DNA of 31,476 bases, taken from Synechococcus sp. (GTDB lineage Bacteria; Cyanobacteriota; Cyanobacteriia; Thermostichales; PCC-7336). Position numbers and translations under genes: made by a program. The notes under the pieces were generated by a model. The model was not told where the DNA came from. It was given only the letters and a program-made list of their open reading frames with translations, and ran no database searches. The first letter of the stretch is position 1, and every line of letters begins with the position of its first letter. The stretch lies in assembly GCA_051439605.1 (NCBI GenBank), contig JBFRWN010000033.1, positions 1 to 31,476 of the forward strand, in the 5' to 3' direction. Below are positions 29,779 through 31,476 of the stretch, piece after piece.

Positions 29779-31008
29779 ATGCTAACACAAGCTTCTCAAG
29801 TAAATAATGATTCTCAGAAACAGGTTAATAGCTGGTCGTCTACTTACAAGAATTATATTAAGACGCAACTATTCCTGCTGTTTTTTGGTATCTTCTCAGT
29901 CTGTGGAATAAATTTCCTAGTAGATCCACATGCTATTTTTAATGTATTAAGTGTAGAAGGCTTCAATCTTGATAAGCCTTTAGCCAGGGAGGGAGGTCAG
30001 CGCAGGGCTAAATCTGTAGAGTTGTTGATGGATGACTACGACACTCTTATTTTAGGGAACTCACGAGCTGGTTTATTCAATCCTGGACACGAAGTTTTTG
30101 ATGAGGCTAAGACATATAATCTTTCTTTGCCTGGCTCGAATATTTATGAAATCAATAAAGCCTTCGAGTACGCTGTAAATAATCTTGATATTGATACAGT
30201 TTACTTGTCTCTGAACTTTGATATGTTCTATGGAAATCGGAAAGTCCATGCTGATTATGGTGTTTCTAGGTTCAAGAACAGCAATAACGTTTCTTTTGTC
30301 TTGTCAAATCTTCCGAGCCTTTTCTCTCTCTATGCTCTAAATCATAGCTTGGATACATTGCTCTATAATTTTAAGGGAGAATCTGCTGAATTTCCTTCAA
30401 ATGGATTTAGACGGAGGACGTTACCAGCAGGATACGAACAATACAATGTATTCAAAGAAAAGTTTGAGTCCGCTCTTTCAGGTAGTCAATTCAAAAACTA
30501 CGAACCTGCAAGACTCAACCAACTGCAACAACTAATTGAGTACTGCAAACATCATGATATTCAACTTCATTTATTTATAGCTCCAGTTCATGCTCAGCAT
30601 TTAGAAGTCTTATCTGTTATGGGAAAATATTCAAGTCGGGAGGACTGGATACGAGATTTAGTCAGACTAACTGATCCCTACGATGTTACCTTATGGGACT
30701 TTAGTGGTTACAACTACATAACAACTGAGCGTGTTCCTGGTCCTGGCGAGAAGGGCCGTATGAGATGGTATCTTGAGTCATCTCACTTCAATGAAAATGC
30801 TGCCAACTTGATTTTGGATACGCTCTCTCAGACTATTGGGAGCAGTGAACCTACTGATTTTGACTTTGGTAGGGTTCTGACCTTAGCTAATGTTGACGAT
30901 CATTTATCACTCATGAATGAAAGGAGAGCAGAATATCAGTTGAGAATTCCTACACAGTTGGATGTTATTGAGAATATCTATACTGCAACAAATCAATCCT
31001 CTAACTAG
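29779..31008 (+). CDS. Membrane-anchored SGNH-like (AlgJ/DltD-like) partner of the MBOAT protein
   Basis: One N-terminal TM followed by NFLVDP, then ILGNSR (block I Ser), NLSLPG and ESSH (block V-like). Directly downstream of the MBOAT gene. The ATG at 29779 is preferred over the TTG at 29749. Confidence 0.7.
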   Translation: MLTQASQVNNDSQKQVNSWSSTYKNYIKTQLFLLFFGIFSVCGINFLVDPHAIFNVLSVEGFNLDKPLAREGGQRRAKSVELLMDDYDTLILGNSRAGLFNPGHEVFDEAKTYNLSLPGSNIYEINKAFEYAVNNLDIDTVYLSLNFDMFYGNRKVHADYGVSRFKNSNNVSFVLSNLPSLFSLYALNHSLDTLLYNFKGESAEFPSNGFRRRTLPAGYEQYNVFKEKFESALSGSQFKNYEPARLNQLQQLIEYCKHHDIQLHLFIAPVHAQHLEVLSVMGKYSSREDWIRDLVRLTDPYDVTLWDFSGYNYITTERVPGPGEKGRMRWYLESSHFNENAANLILDTLSQTIGSSEPTDFDFGRVLTLANVDDHLSLMNERRAEYQLRIPTQLDVIENIYTATNQSSN

Positions 31009-31476
31009 CTATGGATGACTCATACTTCCCTTCCTGATCTCCTAGAGGGAGTAATTCCAATCACAAAAGTCTTGATTGGAGAACATTTCTGCTAGCCTGA
31101 ACCGGCTTTCAAATAGGTCAATAGACATATTCAAAGTGTTTTCCTCAGTCTGGGAGTAACAGACTCGTACTTATTTATCAATCAGGCTGAGTGATGAAAA
31201 GGATCGGTTAAAGCCTGACATTTTTCCGAGAGCAGAGGTGGCCAGTTTGCTTCCATCTGAGCGTGGCTATGTTTCCATGGAGTCAGGTTGGTATTGATAG
31301 TCTTCTCCACTCTGGCATCGTCGATATCCCCCATGCATGCATACAAATTCTAGTTCTAACGGTTTCTGTGGTAGCGGCGTATATTGAAGCACTAATGAAT
31401 GTTTGATAGATCGTAGCTTGTCCCCAACTGGTCAACCAGAATGGCTTCAGCTCAACGAGGCGACAAGAGTATCTGT

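Noticed and set aside
31190..31335. Possible WD40 relic (SDGSKLATSA) on the minus strand
   Set aside because: A single short match flanked by stop codons, which is not enough support.
1..31476. CRISPR array, rRNA or a known riboswitch
   Set aside because: I saw no regularly spaced repeats or recognisable conserved RNA motifs by eye. An Infernal/Rfam scan would be needed to exclude weak ncRNAs.

Overview
Cyanobacterial chromosomal DNA, as indicated by ndhM, a DUF2996/NdhV-like gene, a PatA-type chemosensory operon and roughly 18 HIP1 GCGATCGC octamers counted by eye. The left ~1.1 kb looks like the right end of a tRNA-Thr(UGU)-integrated island. It holds the start of an IS1-family element inserted into a frameshifted HEPN (DUF86) toxin gene, an intact MNT antitoxin, a truncated HNH gene with its intact small upstream partner, and a 3'-half tRNA-Thr copy (attR-like) at 1080-1127. 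Next come a GH2 glycosidase, a UPF0182 membrane protein, an acyl-CoA dehydrogenase remnant, a PLP aminotransferase, nrdR, ndhM, an ndhV-like gene, a HI0933 flavoprotein, an M61 peptidase, Pho-box-preceded pstCAB (PstC has a long insertion) and a TPR protein. These are followed by a complete patA-cheY-cheW-mcp-cheA operon whose PixJ/PtxD-like receptor has no GAF photosensor. The window ends in an AT-rich, HIP1-free MBOAT + SGNH-like O-acylation cassette. No CRISPR array or rRNA is seen. I cannot demonstrate a wholly new system. The best leads are the island-end toxin/antitoxin remnants (including a small-protein + HNH pair), the GAF-less taxis receptor and the PstC insertion. All family assignments are from motif recognition, not database searches.
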